Source of the DNA: Chrysomallon squamiferum
Taxonomy: Eukaryota > Animalia > Mollusca
Direction of reading: 5' to 3'
Length of the DNA: 64,000 nt
Assembly: GCA_012295275.1 (NCBI GenBank)
Contig: CM022678.1
Location: 14,632,001 to 14,696,000, forward strand
The notes under the pieces were generated by a model. That model saw only the letters and a program-made list of their open reading frames with translations, had not been told where the DNA came from and did no database searches. Positions within the stretch are counted from its first letter, which is position 1, and every line of letters begins with the position of its first letter. This document shows positions 53,187 through 64,000 of this stretch, piece by piece. The position numbers and the translations under genes are program-made.

Positions 53187-56100
53187 GTAATAGTAATAGT
53201 AATAGTAATAGTAAAATGGTAATGATGATGATACTGAAATAATAGATAATGGTAATAATAATTTTTATGATGATGATGATGATGATGATGATGATAAACA
53301 GATAAAGATATAATCAAGGTGCATTAAAAATATCTCACTTTTTAATAATTTTTTTTTTTTTTAAGTATTTCTGGAAAATAATGTTAATGTTTTTAACATG
53401 ATTTATCAAAGATGTCTATTAAAAATAATGATTTTTAGAAAGATTGTTTTTTTTATCGTTTAAATATAACTGACTGCATTTTTATTATTTTATTTTTTTA
53501 GCTCTAGATGAACTAGTAAGAAATAACACATTACCATATCAGCTTTTTAAGAATTTGTTATTAATTTGTTTTTTGAAATTTTTACATTAATACAAATATA
53601 CATAATTATATGTTTGTTTACTGAAAACCAGAAAAAACAAAAAAGTTAATATTATGATGAACAAAATTATATATCAGCAGCAAACGAATTAAAATTATTT
53701 CAATGATTCACATAAACACATGTCAATAAAACATCACACAGGATTTTAAAATGGAAACAAAACCTGTAACCTTTGTTAAATCCCAAAGCAATAAATTCAG
53801 TACATTATTTAAACAATTCGTTTATTTTGTTGTAGTGAAGATACATTCCTAAATTACATTAGAAATAAAGATTAAAAAAGAAATGATATTATTTAACTTG
53901 TATTAGAAAATTACAGAATTTTGGTAGATGAACAGAAAAATGAACAACAAACCAAAACAAAACAAAAGAAACAAACATTTCTGTCATTTCTTGTAAATAT
54001 CAGCAACAAAATTCATGCATTTATCAGTTAGTAAAAAAATGTTCCTGTTTTGTACGAGCATCTTAGACATACCATAGCTAAAATTCTAGGCACAATCTGC
54101 CATGCCCGAAACTGAAAAGCAAAGATTTAAGTCAACTGAAACATAATCACATGATTTTATCTCAGAGCATGTAAACTTGCAAACACACATGCATGCTAAC
54201 ACAGATACATGCATAAACACACACAACATATATACATACACACACACATATATACCACAATGTAAGCACACACATATATACCACAATTTAAACACACACA
54301 TATATACCACCATATAAATGCACATATATATATACCACAGTATAAACACACATATACACAAATCCACACAAACCACAGTAACATACACAGATACAGAATT
54401 ATTCTTATTAATCTCAGTCATTAAATGTGTCAAAAAATCTTTAATGCAGTGGAAATAACCATCTTTGAATTAAGTGCACTCCACTGTTAAGAAAGTGAAA
54501 GATGAGCATAACACGACGTGAACCTTTTTAGTAATAAAAATAACCAAAAAGTGATTGTTTTGTGCTGTCAGTTTTGAACAACCAAGACTAATTACACATA
54601 CTTTAAGAGGTAAAAATGAAAATTGATTACAAGTTTCTTTGCTTTATATAAAAATGAAGATTTTTATAACAAAGATCTGAATTTTAAATGTATTTAAAAA
54701 TTAAAGAGAAAATAATATTTTAATAAAAAATTATGATTTACTGGGTATATTAGCTGTAATTAATAGTAATTAAAAAAAACTGAAAGTAAAGAAAATTTTT
54801 AAGATACTTAAATTTTAATTATTAATTGAACAAGATAATTTGGAAATTAAAGTTTCTTATTCAAATAATAAAAATAATAAGAATGAATAACTTAAAGTTA
54901 CTAATGAATTTCATGCATTCCGTAGGATTTCTTTGTAATGTTTTTCAAATATACTAATAATAGCTATTAAAAAAATAAAAACACTGGAAATATTTTTTAA
55001 AACTTCTATATTTTTCATTAAAACATTTTGATAAACAAACCAAATTTTATTTTTAGCCTTTACAAAGAATGAAAAATTATATATATATTTGATATCAAAC
55101 CATTCTGATTGAATCAATATGCAGAATCAAAGTATTGTATTGTATTTTCACCTTCAGAAAAATAAAAAAAACTTGATTTTTTTTAAAAACATTTTGATAA
55201 ACAAAACAATAAACAGAATCAGAGCAGTGTAAAGTTTATTTATTTATTTTATTTTACCTTCACATTACTTGACATAATCTGCTCCCATCTTAGTTTGTCA
55301 CTTCTTTCAGGATGTTTGCTTCTAGGTGGCTGTTTGTAACCTCCGATTTCAGTTTCTCTGAAATTAACCAACGTTTTACTGAATCTGTTTCCTTGTGGTA
55401 ATAGCAACCTAAAATTACCCGTTTGTCTTAATGTTAATTAAATCTATTTTATGTACATTTAATAAAAAAAAGTTTACCTTCTAATCCAGGACTGTGTTAT
55501 GGGACTCATTTCAGTTCCTGGTTCTATGTTCATAGCCTCAAGAATCCAGTTTAACACACACAGCTGACGAAATAGTGCATCGCTGAAAAATAATTTCACA
55601 TACTAAATGAAAACTAGATAAACAGTCAAATAAAAATTAATAATCAAATAATTACATAATCTATAATACAATAATCGAAATCTACTGTGTATTTATAGAA
55701 ATATATTTTAATATATTTTACTAATTCTAAATTATTAATTTAGGATATAAACAGCTAAGTAATCAAATTAAACAGGGTTGATCTGTACAAAAACCTACTG
55801 TGCCTGCTCTCACGAGTGGACTACTGAATTTTGATTAAAATGACTGAGTTACGTTTCAATGTTGTTTCTGCTGATGTCAGCTAGGTTGGTGTGTTGAGGT
55901 GTGTATGGTCGAGGGGGTGCTGCTTTACGAGACCTGCTTCCCGCACTTAATGACCTATTGCTTCTAGTGCTCTTCCTTTAATAAAACACAAAATATAAAA
56001 TAATAAAATAAACAATTAAAAGTTCAAATTGATTTATTTTCAATAAAACTTTTTTTACCTTCACTATTTTTGTAATGATTGATAAATCTAATAATGGTGT

Positions 56101-59100
56101 CTGCAACTATTGATATATTGTTTGGGAATAAACATTTTGTAGCTTTTTCAATATATGGCATTTGAGCATGTTTTCACAGATATTTTAATATTACAGATAC
56201 ATTCTGATAGGTGAACAAAATGAATCTTATAAGATTCAATAAATCTATGTTTAAATATCTAAACACTGTCTTTGAATTTAATGTGAAAAAGGCCATCAAG
56301 TTTTTGTTCCAAGCAAATATAACATATATGTTGTAAGAAAACAGGAGCTAATATAATAGTTAATATAATGTTTCTTAATATGATTTAAACTCTGTATGCA
56401 CACTGTTGTTAACAAAAAGACCAAATTATTTGTAAAATATATTAATATATATTATTAAAAATTGAAATACTAGAACCTCAATATAATTATTTTTAATACT
56501 GAATTGTTTAATACATTTTTAAAAAAACAAGAAATTGGAATGTATATATGTTTTTTTTGTAATGAATTGCTTAATAAATTATGCAACATTCTAAATATTC
56601 CAAGACCAAGAAATAATGTTTATATAGTGGAAAGATCTAAACATTTAAACATTCAAAGCAGAACTTACTACTCAAACATTATAAATAGTTCATAGGTGAT
56701 GTGAAAAAGTGTTTTTTTTAAACTCCTACAAAATCAACTAACAGAAGAGACTATATAATTTGAAACATAATCACTGAGGTATAACTACATGTGCTGATCA
56801 CTACTGCTGTTGCTAAAATAGATAAAAACATGCAAAGGAAGCAAAGTTTACAAATTAAAAAATCCGGAATAAAACACGACATTGATACACACCCACTGAA
56901 GGTCACCCTTCCTTTGAGGTCAGAATTCATCACACTCGATATCATGTTTGTTGAATCATCAAAGTTTTCATCTTCATTACTACTGCTTTCCATTAATCTT
57001 TAAAATTACATTTTTCAACAAGATAATTACATGGTTTGTGAAAATCTGTGTTTTGGGATGTTCTGCCAAATGTGACAAATTTTTTTAAAATATCCTGTTC
57101 CTCAAAGCATATCAAGAAAATTGCGTCTAACAAAAACATTAAAATTTAAGAAAATTTCATTGTCATCTGATTAAAACCAAAGCCTCTAATATAATCTTCA
57201 AAACAGATTTTCCATAATTCATTAAAAAACTGTAATTAAAAAATAATAATAATAAAAAAATAATATATATATATATATATATAAACAAATAAAAATAAAT
57301 AAATAAAAAGTAAATAAAACAAAATATTAAAAAAAGGAAATAAATAAAAACAATATATAATAATAATAATAACAATAATTAAAAACTGTTCTTTTTGTTT
57401 GTTTTAGTTATTTTAAAAAAATACTTTATTCTGAAATTTAATAATAAGAATTTCTAGTCAGAAAATTTCCAGATAAGTAAGATACTTAAATATTCTACAG
57501 CCCCTGAGTCATAAACTACAGTGATAAGGAGAATTGATCTTAGCACCACTGCAATGTGGAAAGCACTATTATCAAAATAAAACATGCTCCTTCCTACTTC
57601 CACAACATTTATCACTAAAGTTTATAAACACCAGCAAATAAACACACACACACACAAAATAATTATAAAATAAAAATAAAACAACAATTACATTTTTTTA
57701 TTAGTTAACTATGGGATAAGTAAAATTTGTAAGTAAAAACAGCATCAGCCACAAATTTAAAAAAAAAGAAATTAAAACAAAATTGCAAATGTAGACTTTA
57801 CTGATATCAACAACAGGCAATATTATTAATTGATAATTTCATATAGGCAATAGCAATAATATTAAATGATCAGTTAAAAACACAAATGTGTTAAACAAAT
57901 ATTTATAATTTAAAAATAAGCAGCAAATGTTTAAAGCACATTATATGTAAACATACCTGTCAATGATGATGTCGCTGACAAGATCGTTGTCACTGTCACT
58001 GTCACTGTCTGATTTAGGTGGCTGCCATTCCTTTCTTGCTGCTTCTAATTTCTTCTGTTTTTCTGCTATTGCTGCTGCATTCTTTTTTAATTACAAATTT
58101 TAGACAAAAAACTAAAACTGTTTTATTTTATTATTTATATTTTCATCAGTTAAATTGTTTGACAATGAATATAAAAATGATTGTTGAAACTTCACACACT
58201 CACGTGCACACACACACACAAAAACACACACACACATTCACACACAAACACACACACTCACACACACATACACGTACATAGAAAATGAAATAATGTTATA
58301 TCAAAAATTCAAAATGTATTGTAAAAACCCTTAATATTCTGTTGTACCAAATATTCAGTAATAAAAATATATAGTTTTATAATATGTTGTTAAATTGTGA
58401 CATTACCTTTGCCTGTTGTTGCTGTCTGATCAAATCAAAAAACCCATAACCTAGTCTGACATGTCGAATAAGATTTCTACAAAAATAGAAAAATATATAA
58501 TACATTTTCAGTTTTGGAATATTCACTATAAAATATTATGTGCATCAAAATTCAGATAAAAATAAAATATTTATGTTTTCAACATTAAACTTGTCAGATT
58601 AATTACTAATATCTTTAACTGGCAGCATCAGAAAAATAGCATCCAGTGGTATAACCTTGACCGGAATTATTTAATTCTCGATAACTGGAAAATTTGTGTA
58701 TTGTGTTGCTTTCTGTAGAGTGTATTACACTTACTTGCTGTTTGACACATCTTTGTGTAAAGTGTTTAGATCAGTTCGAGTTCTTCTTAAAACAAACTTA
58801 GCAGCAGTCTGAAAAGAATAAATTTATTGGCTATTTACTTTTATTTATTAATAGCACAGAATTAAAATTTCTGAAAAAAATACTTCAAATATCAGTTTGA
58901 CATATTTACTTTTAGTTATTAATATCAGTGTTTATTTAAGTATTATTATGTTCATTTCTGAACATCAGCCTGGCTAAATATTTTATGACTGTTATAATAA
59001 AATATAACAGCTTAGTCATGCATTTTGTTTCTTATTTCCACTCTTTGTGGAATACAATTGAAATGTTATTAAAAAAATAGACATATACCATTGGCCGATT

Positions 59101-59670
59101 CTGAACTGTCAGATTTGATGGCTGCATAGCATCATCATCTGAACTACTAGATCGATCCAAATCTTCATTCTGAAATAACAACATCATTAGAACTTCTTTT
59201 TTTTTCAGGAGATATTTCTCTTATAACTAATTGTTCTTTAGAAAACAAAAAAGTCTATATAGACATCTTGAAAGTCAATACAAGATATACGTATATTTTT
59301 TTACTTATTACTAATAGGTGTTTTAATAAAAGCAATCAATAGTACAGCCACTAAATTAACATTCTTAGTTAATTGGCTACAGGAATTTTGTTATAATGTT
59401 CAGTTATTGGCTTACCTCATCCCATTGTCCAAGAGAATGAAGTATAAGTTTCTTCTCATCTAAGTAAAATGGATCACCTATACCACGATATGGTTTGTGA
59501 TTGAGTGACCAAAATCCTTGTGATGATATCTGCTCTTGTCTACGTTGATAATTTGTTTTGTAAACATGGCTTCTTGTTGCTTTAAGAACGTTTGTTGGTG
59601 TTCTGTTTTTGTCATTGGTTGCTGGCAAAGGTAACACTCTAACATAAGTACGAGGGTCTTTGCTTGGCAT
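47730..59670 (-). CDS. CCDC60: Coiled-coil domain-containing protein 60-like, 19 coding exons, ~753 aa
   Basis: Exons: 59670-59416, 59169-59089, 58808-58735, 58476-58407, 58081-57957, 56997-56893, 55975-55853, 55582-55478, 55357-55258, 54111-54073 (possibly cassette), 53117-52916, 52379-52256, 51749-51686, 51489-51457, 51186-51089, 50427-50287, 49848-49690, 49361-49271, 48002-47730. Motifs I recall from CCDC60: RPYTPQH, LFRQLCVLNWILEAM, WEICSPDISAAIEFCREKIV. Confidence 0.8.
49362..49689 (-). other. Non-canonical GC-AG intron in CCDC60-like gene
   Basis: Donor AAC TG|GCAAGT joined to acceptor ttcAG|G TAC rebuilds GNWYTDLVSSLP in the correct phase. Confidence 0.85.
50720..51110. repeat. Degenerate tandem array seeded at a CCDC60 exon/donor boundary
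   Basis: Recurring TA(C)CTTC...TCTGATCATGT...TTTATAAT units at ~50727, ~50760, ~50865, ~50988 and 51086. The last unit is the real exon end. Confidence 0.7.
52051..52248. repeat. (TAA/TGA)n degenerate trinucleotide tract
   Basis: Seen directly in the sequence. Confidence 0.9.
53123..53295. repeat. (AAT)n(AATAGT)n(GAT)n compound microsatellite
   Basis: Seen directly; the ATT run forms the acceptor-proximal intron sequence of exon 53117. Confidence 0.9.
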
Positions 59671-59701
59671 CTTTCTTTCACGAACCCTTGATGGATTTCA
59701 A

Positions 59702-59924
59702 CTGTTAAAAATGATTATACCATTTAATTTAATTCCAACAGCACTGGTGTGTGAATTATCCTATAACAAAAAAACACCCCCCCCCAAAAAAAAAAAAAAT
59801 AGTTCGTCTTCTTCTTTCCTATACTTTTTTGTTTGTTAATTTAATTTTAAGAACTTTTAAGATATAATTATTAATTATTAATACTGTAACAGATTTAAAA
59901 AAACAAATATGAAAATAATAATAT

Positions 59925-59992
<68 letters not shown>

Positions 59993-61395
59993 TATTTTTT
60001 TTTTTAGAAATTATTATCATATACTGTGGTTACACGATTACTTTGTATTTAGGATAAATTATGCATTTGATCTAACTATTTCTTGATGTTAATTAACACA
60101 CTTTTCGTCTGTAAAAATAAAAGTATATAATAAGCACTACATATCATCTCACTTCTTCTCGAAATATGTTAAACACTACCGTCACCGATCAGCTATCGTT
60201 GTCGCGTAGCTACTGTAAACTGACCCTTACCAAGCACCTGCAAATTGTTAACTGATTTTGCTGTGGAAAATGATTTCTAGCAAATAATCACATATCAAAG
60301 ATAATCAAATATTGTAATCTGATTCTATAAGCATAATTCAGTTACATTGTTTAGTACCTGTTTTTTTATTCCACTTTCCCACTGAACGACAGTATTATTT
60401 AATTTATTATATTCTATTTTCGTTAAATAAAAGTAGCATTTTGACTCTTTCCAATGCGTGCTGCATTAACGTTCAATTCGACAATTGCCATTTAAAGAAT
60501 AAAACGTTGATCTGATATATAACAACGTTAGTAATTAAATAAATTATTATTATTATTTCAATACTTGATGCAATTAAATTAAAATAAAATAATAAAATTA
60601 TTCTTAACAGATTTCGTGATAGTGATTTATGAACGAAATTCAATTATTCATATTAACGTATAATAATTAATATACTCAGTATAAGGCTGATAATGATACA
60701 CAAATCATATAGATTACACATTTATTGTTATATTATTATATTTTATAGTTATCTAAGTCTTAGAACTCTTCGTTAGCTTTCTTCCGATAAAGGATAAACG
60801 CGATATTGATGCTGACGCTGATGTTTGTATATCGTTGTTTAATTTGATTAATATTTTGAGCTTATCCTTATCTTTGTGTGCTAAAAATAATGTACAAAAT
60901 ATATTTTTATATCCATGTTGGCACCTAAATTACTAATTGTAGTTTAATATATTTTTTTTATAAATTAAATCACATAAATAATAATTAATTAGATATAAAA
61001 TTTTAACAATACAAATTAATTGTCAAAGGTGCAGTTATTATTCATTTGTTGATAATTTGTATATTCTATTTGTAATTAATTTAAGACAGAAAAGAATAAA
61101 AAGAAAAACTCATGCACGTTTTTATTATTTAGTATTAATGCAATAATGACACCACTATTCTTTTGATTTCAAAAAACAATAATTCAACAGATAAAGAAGT
61201 GTAGAAGATTTATTAATATTACTTCAAGTGCCAAGATGTGTGCTTTTATAATTACACTGGATATATATGAACTAAACTGGGTCATTAACATTTGTGATTG
61301 TGGTATTTTATTAATCTAATAAATACATTTCTGTTTTTTTTTTTTTTTTTTGTTTTTATCAGTTTGTGTCATCAGTATTTTAAGGGTGACAGGCC
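59702..61395. promoter_or_regulatory. Head-to-head (probably bidirectional) promoter region between CCDC60-like and SNRNP25
   Basis: Start codons diverge ~1.7 kb apart. CpG patches occur at 60160-60240, 60450-60530 and 60770-60840. Both first coding exons are preceded by acceptors (59703/59702 and 61361/61362), implying non-coding first exons in this interval. Confidence 0.5.
59923..59995. repeat. (ATT)n(AT)n compound microsatellite
   Basis: Seen directly in the sequence. Confidence 0.9.
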
Positions 61396-63284
61396 ATGGA
61401 AGAAGGAAAAAGCTGTGAAGAAAATTTAGATATTAAAACACCTTCAGATACAAGACTTGAGGAAGATGACACACTCTCCCACAAAGAGACAATGGCAGTT
61501 GTCCAGTCCATGTTGAGAGAAACAATTTCTGTAAGATGAGTGTTTTTATTTTTTTAAACAAAGTTCACTCAAATAGAATAGCCAGTTAAAAGAGGTTTAT
61601 TTCAAAAATAGAGTTTTGTTATTAATATTTTTGATATTGGATGTTACTAATTTAAAAAACCCCAAACAAAACAAAACAACAGCCTTGTAATGGCAGGACT
61701 TACAAACTGAACATGAAATTAAACTCGACTGATAAAGTTTAATAAAATTCTATTCATTTATATGCTATTTTGGGCATTCCTATTTGATTTCTAACAATTA
61801 AAAAAATAGGGAAATTTAATAAAATTCTGTTCATATATTTTAGACCTTCCTATTTGATTTCTAAGAAATAAAAAAAATAATTAAAAAAATTAAATAAAGA
61901 AAGGAAAAGAAGAAAAATTGGTTTAAAAAATACATATTTAGCAAGATTAGAAATGCTGAGTGTGTTTGGTTTATGAAATATATTTTAATATTTTAGACTG
62001 ATCCTCTGCTTAGAGACCTACCACTGGATGTTACACTGGAAGAAGTGACATCTGCTATTGCTCTCGAGTATGGTCAGGCCATGACAGTTTATGTCAACAG
62101 AGCTGATGGGAAAACCATGCGTATGTTTTAATTCAGAAAAGTGTAAACAACAAAATAAAGTAGCTTTTTTTGCAAATTATCATCAAGGATTTAGAATGTA
62201 CACACACACACACACACACAAATATGATTTAACTCAAGTAATTGGCCAAAAGTATATTTATATATATTATTGAATATGTATTTTACATTTTTAAATTATG
62301 TGGGTCGTTGTTTTTTATTTGTATATGGAAAATAATAATAGTAAAAATGGTACTTAATAAATTGATCCAACATTTTTAATATGACAGATTATTATAGCAA
62401 AAAATATAATGATATAAGACATGGAATGTTAATAATTTTTTATTTATTTTATTATTATTTTGTTGTAGCTGTTGTTGTTCAGCAGGATGCAACAGTGCAG
62501 GATTTGAAACATGCAATTAGAAGATATTTGACATTACAAGAAGATCGACGAGATGGAATCAAACACATCAGCTGGTGAATATTTATTTTACATCAGACTT
62601 CTCTAATCCAAAGCCAAAAATCTACAGATTTATCATATTTTAATAAACTGTTGGACTATATTTTTTCCATGCCAAGCTTCTCATTATGTTTGTAAATTAA
62701 ACTGAATTTAAAAGAAATATGTTAAATAAATACTTTTAAAATTGAATATATATTACATTACTATCATTATTAGTTATATTTGGATAAGCCACTTCAGAAT
62801 ATAATCATAATTTCAATGTTTTAATAATGGGTTGCATGTTTACATTTGAAAAACTGGCTAAATTTTGCAGGAGATATATCTGGAAAAGAAACTGGCTTTA
62901 TTTTGAAGGACAAAAACTTAGTGAGAATAGCAAAAAATTGAAAGAGTAAGTATCAGAATGTAAAATAAGTTCTTCTTTTAAAAAATATATTGAGTTTCAA
63001 AAATTATTAATTGTATTTTCAAACTGAATATACTTCTATACTTTTTGGAATTTTATTACATAACTTTCTTTAAAATACATTTAAAATGATTAATAATGGC
63101 ATATGAGAAAACAATTTTTTGTATAGTGATTACTTTTCGTTATTGTCATGTATTTGCTTAATGATTTATTTTTTTTTCCTTTATTTCTGTTTTTTAATAT
63201 AATCAGCTTCCATTCTGTTTCAGATATGGTATAACGAACAAAGCAACTGTGACATTCATAAACAGATTGAAACAGAAAAGGTAA
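61396..63284 (+). CDS. SNRNP25: U11/U12 snRNP 25 kDa protein (ubiquitin-like fold, minor spliceosome), 5 coding exons, ~166 aa
   Basis: Exons: 61396-61530, 61997-62120, 62469-62574, 62871-62945, 63224-63284. The spliced product reads DPLLRDLPLDVTLEEVTSAIALEYGQAMTVYV...ATVQDLKHAIRRY...HISWRYIWKRNWLYFEGQKL...YGITNKATVTFINRL. Confidence 0.95.
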
Positions 63285-64000
63285 CATCACTGCAAAACGA
63301 ATAAGAATGGAATAAAGTAATAAAAAATCTAAGGAGAACATTTTAAAAGAGAAGAGGTGCAGTGGCCATTCGGTGATTAAGAGATGCCTACATTTTCTAA
63401 GATGACAAAATTATTTCTAGCAAGATCATCTGACTGGCTTGCAGCAAAATCCAGTCTTCTGAAACTGGATTAGCAGAATGAGCTGTTATTTCTTGCTGTG
63501 GTAGTTTTTACTAACTGTCGATCAAGATGATGATGTGGGTTGTGTTTGCTCGTGTTTTAAAATTCCAGTCAGACGAACTATTTCATACTGCTCCAAGTTC
63601 ATTGTTTACTGAGAGGGTTGTCTGTTCCAAGTTGTAAAATTTTAGATGAAAAAGAACATCTACGAATATTTGTTTAAAATTTACATTTTAATTATTTATA
63701 TAATGAATAAATTTCTGGTACATTTTAATTAACAAACATAAATAGTACTTCAGACTGATGACAACGTGAAGAAAAAGTAAATGAGAGTTTATCTTCAGTT
63801 GGATTCATTTGACAATTTAACTTTTATTGGTTAAATATATTTTGTTTGATGGATGTTATTAACTTAAACTGTGATAGAAATAAAACATTTGTAAAAAAAA
63901 AGTTATGGTAGAATGAATTATTAAGTTACAGTTCACATTTCATTTTAAAATGACATTAATAATAAAAAAAAATAAAAAAATATAAATCCTTTGTATTAGG

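Noticed and set aside
60198-60213. X-box-like GTTGTCGCGTAGCTAC upstream of CCDC60
   Set aside because: Half-site spacing is too long and the second half-site is degenerate.
63420-63490. Possible SECIS element in the SNRNP25 3' region
   Set aside because: There is no proper AUGA/GA core geometry and no in-frame UGA in the CDS.

Overview
This is AT-rich, microsatellite-rich eukaryotic DNA from an invertebrate animal, probably a lophotrochozoan such as a mollusc (inferred from protein similarity and intron style). I rebuilt five complete intron-containing genes by hand, checking splice sites and reading phase at every junction: Pumilio (minus, 21 coding exons, ~1077 aa), gamma-syntrophin (plus, 14 exons, ~469 aa), FBXO10 (minus, 15 exons, ~1090 aa, ending in CaaX), CCDC60-like (minus, 19 exons, ~753 aa, one GC-AG intron) and SNRNP25 (plus, 5 exons, ~166 aa). 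I found no prokaryotic features, intact transposon ORFs or recognisable RNA genes. The most interesting signals are post-transcriptional: (1) a candidate 9/18-nt microexon in the Pumilio repeat 7-8 loop, the Nanos-contact loop; (2) a chain of three uORFs with abutting or overlapping stop/start codons leading into Pumilio Met6; (3) a splice choice that would remove the FBXO10 CaaX box without triggering NMD; (4) a possible syntrophin stop readthrough that would create a PDZ-ligand tail; (5) a scrambled duplication of exon-like blocks between pumilio and syntrophin. All five are sequence-based hypotheses that need RNA-seq, Ribo-seq or comparative tests. Gene names come from my recall of the families; no database search was run.
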